Source: Octopus vulgaris | Taxonomy: Eukaryota | Length of the DNA stretch: 64,000 nucleotides | NCBI GenBank assembly: GCA_951406725.2 | Contig: OX597815.1 | Location: 48,546,001-48,610,000, forward strand | Direction: 5' to 3' | Shown here: positions 1 through 13,715 of the stretch, one piece after another | Layout: every line of letters begins with the position of its first letter | Numbering within the stretch: position 1 is the stretch's first letter | The notes under the pieces: model-generated | Seen by the model: only the letters and a program-made list of their open reading frames with translations | What the model was told of the DNA's origin: nothing | Databases searched by the model: none | Program-made: the position numbers and the translations under genes

Positions 1-990
1 ATACCATGTTGTTTTTCCTGAAAAGCTTACGAGTGAGGAAAGCTTAGTGACAGAGTGCATCCTTGTCTTGAAAGACCCAATCCTTAATGCTCCACAGATC
101 CGGTCACTTTTGATGAATGCCCTCCCTCAAACTCTTCAAAACATCACAGTAGAACTCTTGATTGATGGTCTGGCTCTGGGAGACACATTTTCATGCACAA
201 TACTGCGGATGTAAAATAATATGATGAGCCTGCTCATGATTGAGCTGTGGCTTTGCTATGCCTTTTTCAGTCATGGAAATGAAGGCTTCTTCTATTGTGA
301 TAACTGCTGCCTCATCTCAGAGTTATACCCAGAGACTCAACTGGTGATGATCTTTGACATGAAGGATGGGTCATCAGCGGCATGCTGATAGAAAGCTTGA
401 CAGATCTTGACACGATGTTCTTTCTGCTCAGTGGTCAGTAGATTGGTGACAAACTTGACAGAAAGATACTGCATCTTCAGTTCAGACATTAGGATTACCT
501 GCACGGACCCATACAACAGACCAGCAACATCAGCAGTGTCGATGATTGTCCTCTGCTGATCTTCATGTGCAGGCTAGTGAGTTTTCTCCACATTTCTGGG
601 GTGACGCTTGTGGCAAGTCTTCTAGATCGCTTATCAATTATCCAGGGACGGTCTTCTGCTTTTGAAGCAACTGTGTCACTTGAAACATTGCATATGGCCC
701 ATTGTCTCATCGCTGTAAGCTTACTGAAGCATGCTCAATATCTCTGTAGCAGACATTCCAAGTTTAATGCAAAAATTTCATGTTGGTTCTTTGTTCTTGT
801 CCATGACAAAATCACAGATTATAGAATATACATGTTCACAAAAACACAAATGTCATAACTTGTAAAATAAGTCACTTGGCACACATCCTCATGAAGGTCA
901 CTGCTAGCTCTCATTGCACACACAACTGTGTGCTGCCATTTGTTGGTGTGCTACAGAACTAGTCTAGGAAATTCTTGATACTACCTCGTA
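1..990 (-). mobile_element. Decayed mariner (Tc1/mariner) DNA transposon; runs off the window edge
   Basis: Minus-strand translation with stops/frameshifts: FCIKLGMSATEILSMLQ*AYSDE..., KFVTNLLTTEQKEHRVKICQ...DDPSFMSKIIT..., TINQEFYCDVLKSLRE. Terminus TA-CGAGGTAGTATCAAGAATTTCCTAGACT at about 960-990. Confidence 0.85.
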
Positions 991-1490
991 TGTATGCATG
1001 TGTGTACTTAATAAATAAAAAAAGTCTTTTATTTCTGATATTTTTTCAGATCAAATAAAAGGCATCCACTTTACTTTTAATATTTGGAGTTAAGAACTTT
1101 GTATCAATTAGAAATATATACTCAAAGAAGCGCTGGAAATCATTCTGGTCAAAACTTACAATGCACCACAGGAAAAGAAGTTTGGCAGCCAACTTTATTA
1201 TGTCTTTGCTTTAAAATCTTTCTTTTTGATATGAGTTCAGAATTCGAAATATTATATGCAAAGTGGATGTTATTCATTTCATATAGAAGCAAATTAAACC
1301 CTCAGAGTATGACATGTAAGTTTTCTCACTACAAATTGATTGGCACTCCCCCATCACACACATAATGAATGAGAAAAAAAAACAAGAAAAAGACATAATG
1401 AGAGTGACAAGTTTTAACAAAGGTGTTATTTGTATATCATTTGAAAAGAAAGGGAAGACAAAGTATAACTTGAGAAGAAATCTGAATATT

Positions 1491-1914
1491 AGGCATAGGA
1501 GTGGCTGTGTGGTAAGTAGCATGCTTACTAGCCACATGGTTCTGGGTTCAGTCCCACTGCGTAACACCTTGGGCAAGTGTCTTCTACTATAGCCTCGGGC
1601 CGACCAAAGCATTGTGAGTGGATTTGGTAGACGGAAACTGAAAGAAGCCCATCATATATATGTAAATATATATGTATGTGTGTGTGTATATATGTTTGTG
1701 TGTCTGTGTTTGTCACACCAACATCACTTGACAACCGATGCTGTTGTGTCTACGTCTCTGTAACTTAGTGGTTCGGCAAAATAGACCGATAGAACAAGTA
1801 CTAGGCTTACAAAGAATAAGTCCTGGGGTCGATTTGCTTTACTAAAGGTGGTGCTCCAGCATGGCCACAGTCAAATGACTGAAACAAGTAAAAGAGTAAA
1901 AGAGTAAAGAGTAA
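1491..1914 (+). mobile_element. tRNA-derived SINE, family A (Octopus-type), full length
   Basis: A-box-like TGGCTGTGTGG, B-box-like GGTTCAGTCC, internal (TA/TG)n, 3' (GTAAAAGA)n tail; closely matches 17493, 19517 and 40097 copies. Confidence 0.85.
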
Positions 1915-3228
1915 AATTAGAGAAATTAGAGTATGTAAGTACGAGAATGTGGGCGGTGTCAATTGTAAATGAAGGTGCCAACAGATTCAAGTAGATGAAG
2001 CCTGTTTAAGACAGAGAGCAAAAATGAGATATAAGACACAATATTAGATATCTATGTCATAAGGTTAGACCTCACAAAAGATACAACAAAAGATTGTAAC
2101 AAATGGAGGAAAATTGTGATGGAGTAGATCCATCAAACCCATGCAAATGAGGAAAAGAATGGATGTAAAATGATTGATAAAAGTAGTGGTGAGAGAGATC
2201 TTTATTATCACTGTGTCTCATTAATATCTCACCGGCAATGTAAAAAGTTTTCTGTCCCATCACTTTTTTATTGCTACCAAGCACTCTCTTACCCTCTCTC
2301 TCACACATACAGCATTCCTCCACGTAATGCCATAACATCCACCACACTTCCTTTCCTCTCACTCTCTCTTACTTCCATTAAACCTTCCTTCACCCCTTGT
2401 CTTCCTTATATCACTCTTTCCCTATCATGCCAACCCTGCTATTTCATTTCAGTAGACTCTAACACTCTATTCCATCACTCACTCTTCAGTCACTGTCTAG
2501 AGCTGCATCTTCCACTTTTATCACACTATCTTCTATTATCATTTCAGTAATGTTTTTCTCTATTCAATCTCCTAACCTACAACTCTCATATAACTGCCTA
2601 TTGCCTTCTACCTCTGATCTATTGCTCTCTTTCCTCTCACCCTATTGTTTCATCCTTTTGATTCTCTTCAGCTACTCTTTTTACTATCATGTTCTCACAC
2701 AGGTTTTCTTTTCACCTGGTTGTGTGAAAAGAAATAGAATGGATGAATAGAAGCAGATCAAGAAAGACAGGTCCCACTTTAGTCTTTTCAGGGGCTAGAC
2801 TAATTCTTTGGTGCTGGTGAATGAATGAAAGAAAACAAAGAACAGTAAAGAGCATTTTTAGTCCAGTCAAGAATGAGGCCATCTTCCTCAAATGCAGTGC
2901 CATGATAAAATCAATGCATGTCTTGCTGCAAAGATGTTGGTGATCGGAAGGGCATTCACCCATTGAAACCATGCCAAAAAGGAAACGTATGAGCAAGAGC
3001 ATCATGCTGATCCTAGATGGGTTAGGAACCTGATGGTAAACCTTAACAATTCCTTCTGACTATGATGACCCCTCTAACACATACCAGTATAGAAAAGCAG
3101 ATGTCAAATTGTTATGAGGATGCCAATATCATTCCCCTTTTCTTCTTTTTCTGTCTCTCTCTAATATATACACACATACACATACATAATGCATATATAT
3201 ATGTACTTATATATATATATATATATAT

Positions 3229-3590
3229 CATCATCATCATCATTTAATGTCCGCTTTCCATGATGGCATGGGTTGGACGATTTGACTGAGGACTGGTGAA
3301 CCAGATGGCTGTGCCAGGCTCCAATCTGATCTGGCAGAGTTTCTACAGTTGGATGCTCTTCCTAACGCCAACCACTCTGAGAGTGTAGTGGGTGCTTCTA
3401 TGTGCCACCAGTACGAGGGCCAGACAGGTGGTACTGGCAACAGCCACGCTCGAAATGGTGGTTTTTACATGCCACCTGCACAGGAGTCAGTTCAGCGGCA
3501 CTGGCAATGACCTCGCTTGAATGTTTTGTTCACGTGCCAGTAGGGCGACGCTGGTAACGATCACACTCAAATGGTGCTTTTTATGTGCCA
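3229..3590 (-). mobile_element. SINE family D fragment with (GAT)n tail and internal ~65-bp subrepeats
   Basis: Reverse complement contains TTGGCGTTAGGAAGAGCATCC...CCGTCCAACCCATGC-like...GCGGACATTAAATGATGATG; same family at 10742, 48715 and 58085. Confidence 0.75.
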
Positions 3591-3960
3591 TATATATATA
3601 TACATGTGTGTGTGTATACACACACACCCATATATGTGTGTATGGATGTATGTATGTAATTTGCTCTCCATATCTATGAGTTACATGCAGTATATTTGAA
3701 CTTGAGAGTAACTTCTTGTACATGTGTATGCACAGGATGTATGTGTATAACAGTGTATTGGTGTATATATCTTCATAATATAGTCAGTGAATGTTTGTAA
3801 CTGTTTATGCATATATGTGTGCATCTACACATGTCTGAGGGTGCGAGTGTCTGTGCGTGGGTTTGTGTTGAGAATATGATTACTTAACAGAATCTGGAAT
3901 TGCTAAGACCAGAAAACAACTCTCCTCTAGGATTTCCACCATCTCCTAGTCAGATCATCG

Positions 3961-4003
<43 letters not shown>

Positions 4004-4200
4004 TATCATTATTATTATTGATAGTAGTAGTAGTAGTATCTGCTATTGGTTTTCCTACATGTTACATAGTTACTTTATGTAGTTTTTTTAAATATTATTT
4101 TTATTATTTTTCATAGAGGGCTTAATACTCTCACTATAGGCAAACAAAAAGAAAAATCCCTTATAAACTAAGTAACTAAATTACAACCATTAACATTATC

Positions 4201-4275
<75 letters not shown>

Positions 4276-4483
4276 ATAGTTGCTGGTGTTGTTGTTATTT
4301 TTTATTATCATACTTATTTGCAGTAACAAAAAAAATCTCTGGTCCCTTACAAACCTGTGCACACAAACCCAATCACATCTACTCATTCTACTCGCCATTA
4401 TCATGAAAAGAAAATTATAGATAGGTACATACATAAATATATATATATATCCATATATATATGTGTACATAAATATACAGAGG

Positions 4484-4491
<8 letters not shown>

Positions 4492-4580
<89 letters not shown>

Positions 4581-4594
4581 ATATATATATATGC

Positions 4595-4665
<71 letters not shown>
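4492..4665. repeat. (TA)n microsatellite
   Basis: Direct observation. Confidence 0.95.
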
Positions 4666-4668
<3 letters not shown>

Positions 4669-5264
4669 AGCTAACATGTTAGAAAATATCAGATCAAGTT
4701 ATTGAATACCTCCAACTCACAACACACACACACTCTCTCTCTCTTTCTCTCTCATGCACACAAGCACACACACACACACATACACAGACACACAAACGCA
4801 CATATATGTGCACACAGACACAAACCACTTGCCTTGTGCTCTCTTTATTCCTTCTCACACACATGGACACATTTTCTATATAACTTCATACATGCAGACA
4901 CACACATGCACACACACACACATACACACACCATATACATGCACAAATACATAGGCACATCTGTATACACATGCACACACAAATATACATACATGCATAC
5001 ACACATACATGTATATACATGCATACATACATGTATACATACAATGTACCTGCATATGCATATGCACATGCAAATATGCATACACACTGTTTTCACATCC
5101 CCCTTTCTCACACTCAGAACCTTCCACAAATCCCATTTCTCTCTCTCTTTCTTTTTCTCTGTGTCTTATCTTTTCTACCTCACCCTCTTTCTCTGTCTCT
5201 CTCTCTTTCTTTTTCGCTGTGTCTTATCGTTTCTACCTCTCTCTCTCTCTCTCACTCTCTCTAT

Positions 5265-5421
5265 CTATCTGTCTGTCTGTCTATCCGTCCGGCCATCCGG
5301 CCATCTGTCCATCCGGCCATCTGTCCATCCGGCCATCTGTCCATCCATCCATCCCTCCCTCCCTCCCTCCCTCCATCCATCCATCCATCCATCCATCCAT
5401 CCATCCATCCATCCATCCATT

Positions 5422-5450
<29 letters not shown>
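5265..5450. repeat. Compound (TCTA/TCTG/CCAT/CCCT/CT)n microsatellite
   Basis: Direct observation. Confidence 0.9.
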
Positions 5451-5455
<5 letters not shown>

Positions 5456-5933
5456 CATTCTTCCTTTCATTATTATATTCATTTTCTTAAATTCTAGACT
5501 TGCCCTTTCTCCCTTTTTATTCCTCTTAGTCATGCCTTCTTTTTCCTTCTTTCCCTCACTTTCGTTCTGCTTATCTCTCTCACCTATATCTTTCTCTGAT
5601 TTATTACCTCACCCAACCACATAGACAAATCACCACTCCATGAAACAATAACTAAACAAAAAATAATTCAAACAAAATATTGAAATAACAGTACAAAACA
5701 AAAACATTAAGCTGAATCCCAGTGCCTCCAACTGCCTCTCTTCTAATCCCAGTTTCTTCCCAGCTCCACCCATATCACAACAAATCCCCATCACAAAACA
5801 TATGAGATTAAAGAAAAAAATTCTTTCTACAACACAGCTTTCTCGGCACTATAGTAATTTGGGAGAGAAACTACAATATATATATATATATATATATGTA
5901 TATACATTGAAATATCTATTATATAATATACAT

Positions 5934-6039
<106 letters not shown>

Positions 6040-6574
6040 CTGTCTCTTTCTCTCTTGCTATGTATATATATATATAGATATGTCATATATGTGTTACATG
6101 TTGATATATATAAATTATAATTATATTTATATATTATATATGTAAATATATATGTGTGCACGAGTGTTTGCGTGTATGTGTGTGTATTTGTAACTATGTA
6201 TGTATGTGTGTGTCTGTGTGCATATATATATATATATACATAGATTACTTACACGTAAGTATATGAATATATATGGACATACAGACACATGAATACACAC
6301 ATGCACACACACACAAACACTTTTTCATGCCAGTTGTTGATGTTGCTGCTGTTGTTAATGGTGTTTTGATCTATAGTTGTAATGACAGTGTTCGTGGTGT
6401 ATTTCTTGAAGTTAGTGCTTATTGTTGCTGTTGTTGTTGTTGTTGATATTGTTGATGTTTTTTGATGTTGTTGTTTTTGTTGATACTGAAGCTTATTTCT
6501 ACCTTAGCTTTGAGATTGGCACACATCAGAATATCTGATTCTTTTTAGAAGTTTTTGCTGACATTCTAAAAATT

Positions 6575-6580
6575 ATTATA

Positions 6581-6638
<58 letters not shown>

Positions 6639-6791
6639 TTGCTGCTACTACTGCTACTACCACCACCACCACCACCACCACTACAGCAACAATAAAAAGA
6701 CTAAACAAAACAAAATGCAACAGCAAGAACAACAGTACTATAATAATGATGCTGATGATAAATAATATTAAAAATAATAATACTAATAGAA

Positions 6792-6858
<67 letters not shown>

Positions 6859-7063
6859 TAATAATAATAATGATGATGATGATGATGATGATGATGATCC
6901 TCATGATCATGATGATAATGATGATGATGATGATCATCATGATGATCATGATAATAATAGTCATAATAATTATAATAATAGTAATAATAGTTTCTAGTTG
7001 TGACCTGGTCAGAAGATGAAATAAAATGCAAATCAATCGGGAAATAATAACAATGATAATGAA

Positions 7064-7129
<66 letters not shown>

Positions 7130-7496
7130 CAATAATAATAAACAATAATAATAAACAATAATAATAATAATAATAGTGATTTAATAATGAAATATATCTA
7201 AAAGGTCAAAATGTTAACTTAAAAGAGTTATTTTGCTTCATTTTATTTTAATATGGTGATGCTGCTGGTATTTGTCTATCTATTTACAAAGGTGATGATG
7301 AGGAGGGCGACCATGATGATGACAGTGATGATGATGATGATGATGATAATGATGATAGTGGTGGAAGTGGTGGTGGTGGTGGTGATGATGATAATTATTG
7401 TATGTAAAATGTTGTCCAAATCATTGGACCAATTAAATATTAAGATTACTGAGCAAATATCAATATTCCAAGTAGGGAAACAAACAAATTGAGGTG

Positions 7497-7571
<75 letters not shown>

Positions 7572-7828
7572 CAACAACAACTACAACAACAACAAAATGA
7601 TGATAATGATGATGATGGAAATAATCATAATTCTTAGGCATATGTGAGCAAAGGATATAAAAAAAATAGTGAAAAAGTTAATGGAACCAGCTTCCTAACA
7701 GAATCATTTATCAATAAAATATAATAAAACAGAAAAGTAAAACAACTTTATAGGAAAAAAAAACAAAATGAAACGTCCCAAAAGGGGTATAACTTTGCCA
7801 GCGAATAATAGTAGCAGCAGGAATAATA

Positions 7829-7895
<67 letters not shown>

Positions 7896-7950
7896 TAATA
7901 ATAATAATAATAATAATGATAATAATAATAATAATAATCATAATAATAAT
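6575..7950. repeat. Cluster of (CTA)n, (AAT)n and (GAT)n trinucleotide microsatellites
   Basis: Direct observation; source of the poly-I/N/Y/V ORFs. Confidence 0.95.
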
Positions 7951-10213
7951 TCAAAAAAGCTATCGGCCTATAACCTGTCTATCCACCACGTATAAAATCC
8001 TAACATCTATCCTGGCGGAGAAAACATGCATTCATGGAGAAGAACAATATTTTCCCCATTGAACAAAAAGGGTGCTGCCGAGGCTCTTACGGATGCAAAG
8101 ATCAACTGCTAATCAATCGTATGATCCTTGAGAACTGTCACAACAAGCGCAGAAATCTCAGCACCGCATGGATTGACTATAAAAAGGCCTTCGACAGTAT
8201 ACCGCATCCATGGATCTTGAGATCGCTGGACATCTTCAAAATTTCCCCTGTGATTTCAAACTTCCTGAAGCACAATATGTCATTGTGGAATACGAATCTC
8301 CAATTATACCACTCTAATGGAGTACTTGCCTCAGAAAATATAAACATCAACTGTGGAATTTCTCAAGGTGACTCACTTTCACCTTTAATATTCTGCATAG
8401 CCCTAATACCCCTTACAAGTGAATTAAACAGAACAGGGTATGGGTATAAAATTGCCAATAAAAAAATGAGCCATCTATTTTATATGGATGACTTAAAACT
8501 TTATGGTAAAGACAATAATGAACTTGAAGGCCTATTGCGCACCGTGAAAGCATTCAGCGATGACATTGGGATGGAGTTTGGACTTGAGAAGTGTGCCAAG
8601 GCCACTTTCCAGAAAGGGAAAGTGAAGACCACAAATTCAGTCGTGTTAGATGTTGACACAGTCATAAGAGAGCTTGAGCAAGAACAGACATACAAATATT
8701 TAGGGATAAATGAAGGCTCTGGTATTCAGCATGCAAGCATGAAAGAGAAAATCAGGAAGGAATGTTATAGGAGAGTTCGTGCAGTCCTGAAATCTGAACT
8801 AAATGCACGTAACAAGGTGTTAGCTATAAATTCCTTAGCAGTTCCAGTTGTTACTTATAGCTACAATGTGTTGAACTGGAATATGAGTGAAGTAAAGAAT
8901 ATAGATAGAAAAATACGCAAGCTGCTGAGTTGTAATAGGATGCACCACCCAAAGGCAGACGTAGATCGCCTTTACCTTCCCAGAGCCCAAGGAGGTCGAG
9001 GCCTGATCCAATTTGAACTAGCTTACAAAACAACCACAATTGGACTGGCCAAATATCTCGAAATATCGAATGACTGGATGCTAAAGCTCGTGGAAAATCA
9101 CGAGAGACAAAAGAAGCTTCATTCTATCATCAAGGAAAGCAAAAAATTTGCTATTGATCTCGTGCAGGATACCCAAACTGAACAACCCGAGGGAAGTACG
9201 GCAACTATTGTTGCAAAGAAGGTGAAAATGATGGCAATGAAAAAAGCGCACGAGCAATTGGCTGATAGGTGGGAGGAGAAACCTCTGCACGGCAAATATG
9301 TGACCCGCAGCAAACAAGCTGATGTTGACCAGAAGCAAACCCATCAGTGGCTGCAGAGCTCAGGGCTAAAAGCAGAGAGCGAAGGTTTCATCCTGGCTGC
9401 TCAAGACCAAAGCCTATTAACCTGGAACTACCAGGCCAATGTGATGAAAAATGGAGCAGACCTAAAATGCCGATTCTGCAATGACATGATTGAAACAGTG
9501 GACCACCTAATCTCTGGATGTAAAGTCTTAGCACTAGTGGAGTATAAATTAAGACATGACAGAGTTGGCCAATATCTCCACTGGCTAATAAGTCGGCATT
9601 ACAATATCAAAACTGCCGACAAGTGGTATAATCACCACCCTGAGGCTGTAACTGAAGGAGAAAATGTAACCATTCTGTGGGACTTTCCAGTACATACAGA
9701 CCGAACCATCAAGGCCAATAAACCAGATATTGTTGTGAAAGACCAAAACAATAAAGTTTGCTTATTGATCGACATGAGCATCCCCTGTGATCATAATATC
9801 TCAGCAAAAGAGTTTGACAAGCTCAGAAAATATAAAGACCTACTCATTGAAATTGAGAAAATGTGGCATCTCAAGGCGGTTACAATACCAGTGATCGTAG
9901 GAGCACTAGGAATGATCAAGAAGGGAACCGAAAATTATATGAGAATGATCCCTGGCTTACCATCCATGCAAGAAGTGCAAAAGATTGTCTAAACTGGTAC
10001 ATCACACGTATTGAGAAGAGCATTGTTGATGTGAGAACTGTTGCTGCTCATGTATTTTAATCTAACTTTAAAAAAAAAAAAAAAAAAAAAATGAACGAAC
10101 TTCTGAGTTTGGTTTAATGGCCTACCAATATACACTATGAGTTTCTTTGCCCTAGGAGTCGGGAAGACACTCGGCAAGAAATAGAAGAAAATTTGAAAGA
10201 AGAAAAAAAAAAG
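7951..10213 (+). mobile_element. 5'-truncated non-LTR retrotransposon with restriction-like endonuclease (Dong/R4 clade-like) inserted in (TAA)n
   Basis: Begins directly after (AAT)n at YRPITCLSTTYKILTSIL (frameshifted from the main ORF). Contains RT, CCHC and RLE domains, then a 3'UTR with stem-loop and A-rich end, followed by a long (AAT)n. Confidence 0.9.
8034..10034 (+). pseudogene. Reverse transcriptase - zinc knuckle - restriction-like endonuclease ORF (truncated; premature stop at 9990-9992)
   Basis: WIDYKKAFDSIPH, QGDSLSPLIF, FYMDDLKLY, YKYLG; CRFCNDMIETVDHLISGC; RHD...KPDIVV...LIDMSIP...KLRKY; PVIVGALG. The frame continues past TAA as TGTSHVLRRALLM* to 10034. Confidence 0.9.
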
Positions 10214-10269
10214 TAATAATAATAATAATGATAATAATAATGATAATAATAATAATAATAATAATAATG

Positions 10270-10300
<31 letters not shown>

Positions 10301-10314
10301 TAATAATAATAATG

Positions 10315-10369
<55 letters not shown>

Positions 10370-10446
10370 TAATAATAATAATGATAATAATAATAATGAT
10401 AATAATAATAATAATAATAATGATAATTATAATAATAATAATAATG

Positions 10447-10498
<52 letters not shown>

Positions 10499-10524
10499 TA
10501 ATAATGATAATAATCATAATAATC

Positions 10525-10567
<43 letters not shown>

Positions 10568-10641
10568 TAATAATAATAATGATTATGATGATGGTGATGA
10601 TGATGGTGATGATGATGATGATGAGGATGAGGATGAGGATG

Positions 10642-10679
<38 letters not shown>

Positions 10680-10683
10680 GATG

Positions 10684-10741
<58 letters not shown>
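10214..10741. repeat. Very long (AAT)n/(GAT)n/(GAG)n compound microsatellite
   Basis: Direct observation. Confidence 0.95.
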
Positions 10742-10742
<1 letters not shown>

Positions 10743-10885
10743 TGGCGTTAGGAAGGGCATCCAGCCGTAGAAACACTGCCAGATTTGACTGGGCCTGATG
10801 AAGCCAGAAGGCTTCACAGACCCCAGTAGAACCGTCCAACCCATGCTAGCATGGAAAACGGACGCTAAACGATGATGATGATGAT
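10742..10885 (+). mobile_element. SINE family D 3' fragment
   Basis: TTGGCGTTAGGAAGGGCATCCAGCC...CCGTCCAACCCATGCTAGCATGGAAAACGGACGCTAAACGATGATGAT. Confidence 0.8.
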
Positions 10886-10899
10886 AATAATAATGATAA

Positions 10900-11322
10900 T
10901 CGTTTCTACTAAAGGCACAAAGCCTGAAAGTTTGTGGAAGTGTGCTAGTTGACTATGTTGATCCCAGTTCTTAACTGGTACCTATTTTATCAGTCCTTGA
11001 AATGATGAACAGCATAGTCATCCCTGCTAGAATTTCAATTCAGAATGTAAAAATGTGCAAAATACTGCTAAGTAATATGTTCAATTCTGCCAGCTTGCTG
11101 CCTTAAAATATTGATAACAACAACAACAACAACAACAATAATAATGATGATCAGGAGTGTCTGAGTGGTAAGAAGCTTGCTTCCCAACCACATGGTTCCA
11201 GGTCCAGTCCCACTGCATGGCACCTTGTGTAAGTGTCTTCTACTATAGCCTCAGGCCGACCAAAGCCTTGTGAGTGGATTTGGTTGATGGAAACTGAAAA
11301 GAAGCCCATTGTATATATATAC

Positions 11323-11361
<39 letters not shown>

Positions 11362-11780
11362 CCCCCATCATCACTTGACAACCAGTGTTGGTGTGTTTAC
11401 ATCCCTGTAACTTAGCGATTTGGTAAAAAAGGCCAATAGAATAAGTGCCAGGTTTAAAAACAAGTAAAAGAATAAAAGAATAGCTGGCCAACAATTTCAG
11501 GGGTAAATCAGTTGCGTCACCCCAGTCCTCAACTGGTACTTATTTTATTGACCCTGAAAGGATGAAAGGTAAAGTTGACTTTGGTGGAATTTGAACTCAG
11601 AACAAGAAGACAGATGAAACATTTTGCCAAGTGTGCTGATGATACTGCCAGCTCACTGTCATAATAGTAATAATAATAATCCATTCTACTAAAGGCACAA
11701 GGCCTGAAATTTTGAAGGAGGGGACTGGTCGATCACATCGACCCCAGTTTTTCACTGGTACTTAATTTATCAACCCCCAA
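10900..11780. mobile_element. SINE cluster: family B (-) 10900-11105, family A (+) 11152-11470, family B (-) fragments 11490-11780
   Basis: Matches to other copies in the window (GGATGAAAGGYAAAGTYGAC...GAATTTGAACTCAGAA; family A head). Confidence 0.75.
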
Positions 11781-11808
11781 AATAATAGTAATAGTAATAA
11801 TAATAATA

Positions 11809-11837
<29 letters not shown>

Positions 11838-11841
<4 letters not shown>

Positions 11842-12201
11842 AGAGCACTCAGAGAGTGCAAACCTCTGCCAAGGCAACACCAATATCCTCTCAACGATTA
11901 GCCAAAGATGACTTTTAAAATGAGAATATCTGAAATAAACTCGACTGCTCTCACAAAGGAGAATACTGAAAATGAACCTGACCACGCTCAAAAATTAAGT
12001 AAAGAACAAGGAGAATAATCTAGAATCCCTGTCTGGTACTAGATCAATCCCAAAATTTAATCAGTTTGTGCTAGCCGTGAGGCTAAACATCCCTGAAAGT
12101 TTCATCTAAGTCTATCCAGTGGTTCTCAAGATATATTGTCCATTGACAAACCAACAAACAAACATGACTGAAAACAATACCTCTGCCTTTGCTAAGGTGA
12201 A

Positions 12202-12206
<5 letters not shown>
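11838..12206 (+). mobile_element. Non-autonomous Helentron-associated (DINE-1/HINE-like) element inserted in (TAA)n
   Basis: 5' AACAAGAG, subterminal ACCTCTGCC, (ACAA)n near the end, 3' hairpin TACCTCTGCCTTTGCTAAGGTGAAGGTA; partial second copy at 30348-30480. Confidence 0.6.
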
Positions 12207-12261
<55 letters not shown>

Positions 12262-12551
12262 GGCAAACTAATAGCACTGCCAATAATGAAGATGATGAGC
12301 ATTATGGTGATGGTATCAGTGATGCTAGTGATGATGATGGTTATGACATATATACAATGATAAGTTATGAACTTGTTGATCATGATGATATTAACTAACA
12401 TTAAAAATAACATTCTAAGTAACATGGCAAAAAAAAAAGCATGCAAACAATAATATCAATGACAATAAAGAGAATATCAACATTGATGATGATGATGATG
12501 ATGACAACATTGATGAAGATGATGGTGATGATGATATAGTTCAAGCTGATG

Positions 12552-12591
<40 letters not shown>

Positions 12592-12601
12592 AAATAATCA
12601 C

Positions 12602-12635
<34 letters not shown>

Positions 12636-12725
12636 TAATAATATATATATATAATAATAATAATATATAATAATAATAATATAATATAATATATGAAAAT
12701 ATATATATATGTAAAATTGTATATG

Positions 12726-12764
<39 letters not shown>

Positions 12765-13586
12765 CACATGTATGTGTGTGTATTATATACGGAGAAACTG
12801 AAAGAGAGATGAATGATGGATAAGTAAATACATAAATAGATCAATGCATAGATATACAGATATATGGATAGACAGATAAATAGGTATTTAGAAAGAATAA
12901 CACATATATTTACTCGTGATGCATACACACAAACACACACACACACACACATACACACAAGCCCATACATAGAGGTGTGTATATATATCTATAAACATAT
13001 ATTTATACACATACTAAGACATAGATCGAGACATATACACACACATCCCCAGCCCCCTTCCTCCCACACATATAAACACATACATTTATAAAGAGAAGGA
13101 AAAACTGAGAGATTATATAATTGAAGATAGGCATGTGGACGGTTAGACTGTAGGTCTGAGGGAAAGGGGTAGCGAGGAGCCGGGAGTGAGTGAAAATCTT
13201 GTGCAAACCAACCACTTCTAATTAGCTACAAGAGGAGCACAGAAGAGAAGCCTTGTTAAATTTCTTAATCACTGAGGTGTAAAGACATTTGAAGTTATTT
13301 ATTCCCCTCTATCTCTCTCTTACTCTACCAGGCATTCACTCCCTCCTTCTCTTTCTCTCTCTCCCTCTCTTTCTCTCTCTCACCCCTACCTTTATACATT
13401 ATCTCTTTTAATGTTTCTCCCTATATTTTTCTTAATTTCTTTCTCTGTTCATATATATATATATACATACATACATACATACATACACACATACACACAC
13501 ACATATAAATATGCATGTACACACATATACACATATACATCCATGTAGCATATATATATGTATGTATGCATATATATATATGTATG

Positions 13587-13648
<62 letters not shown>

Positions 13649-13663
13649 CATATATATGTATGT

Positions 13664-13715
<52 letters not shown>

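Noticed and set aside
495-858. ORFs 495-710 and 565-858
   Set aside because: Off-frame or antisense readings of the decayed mariner.
1050-1365. Strong-looking acceptor ttttttcAG and ORF 1084-1365
   Set aside because: All frames from the acceptor stop quickly; no recognisable protein.
6503-6566. Minus-strand AG...GT exon-like segment
   Set aside because: Stops in all three frames.
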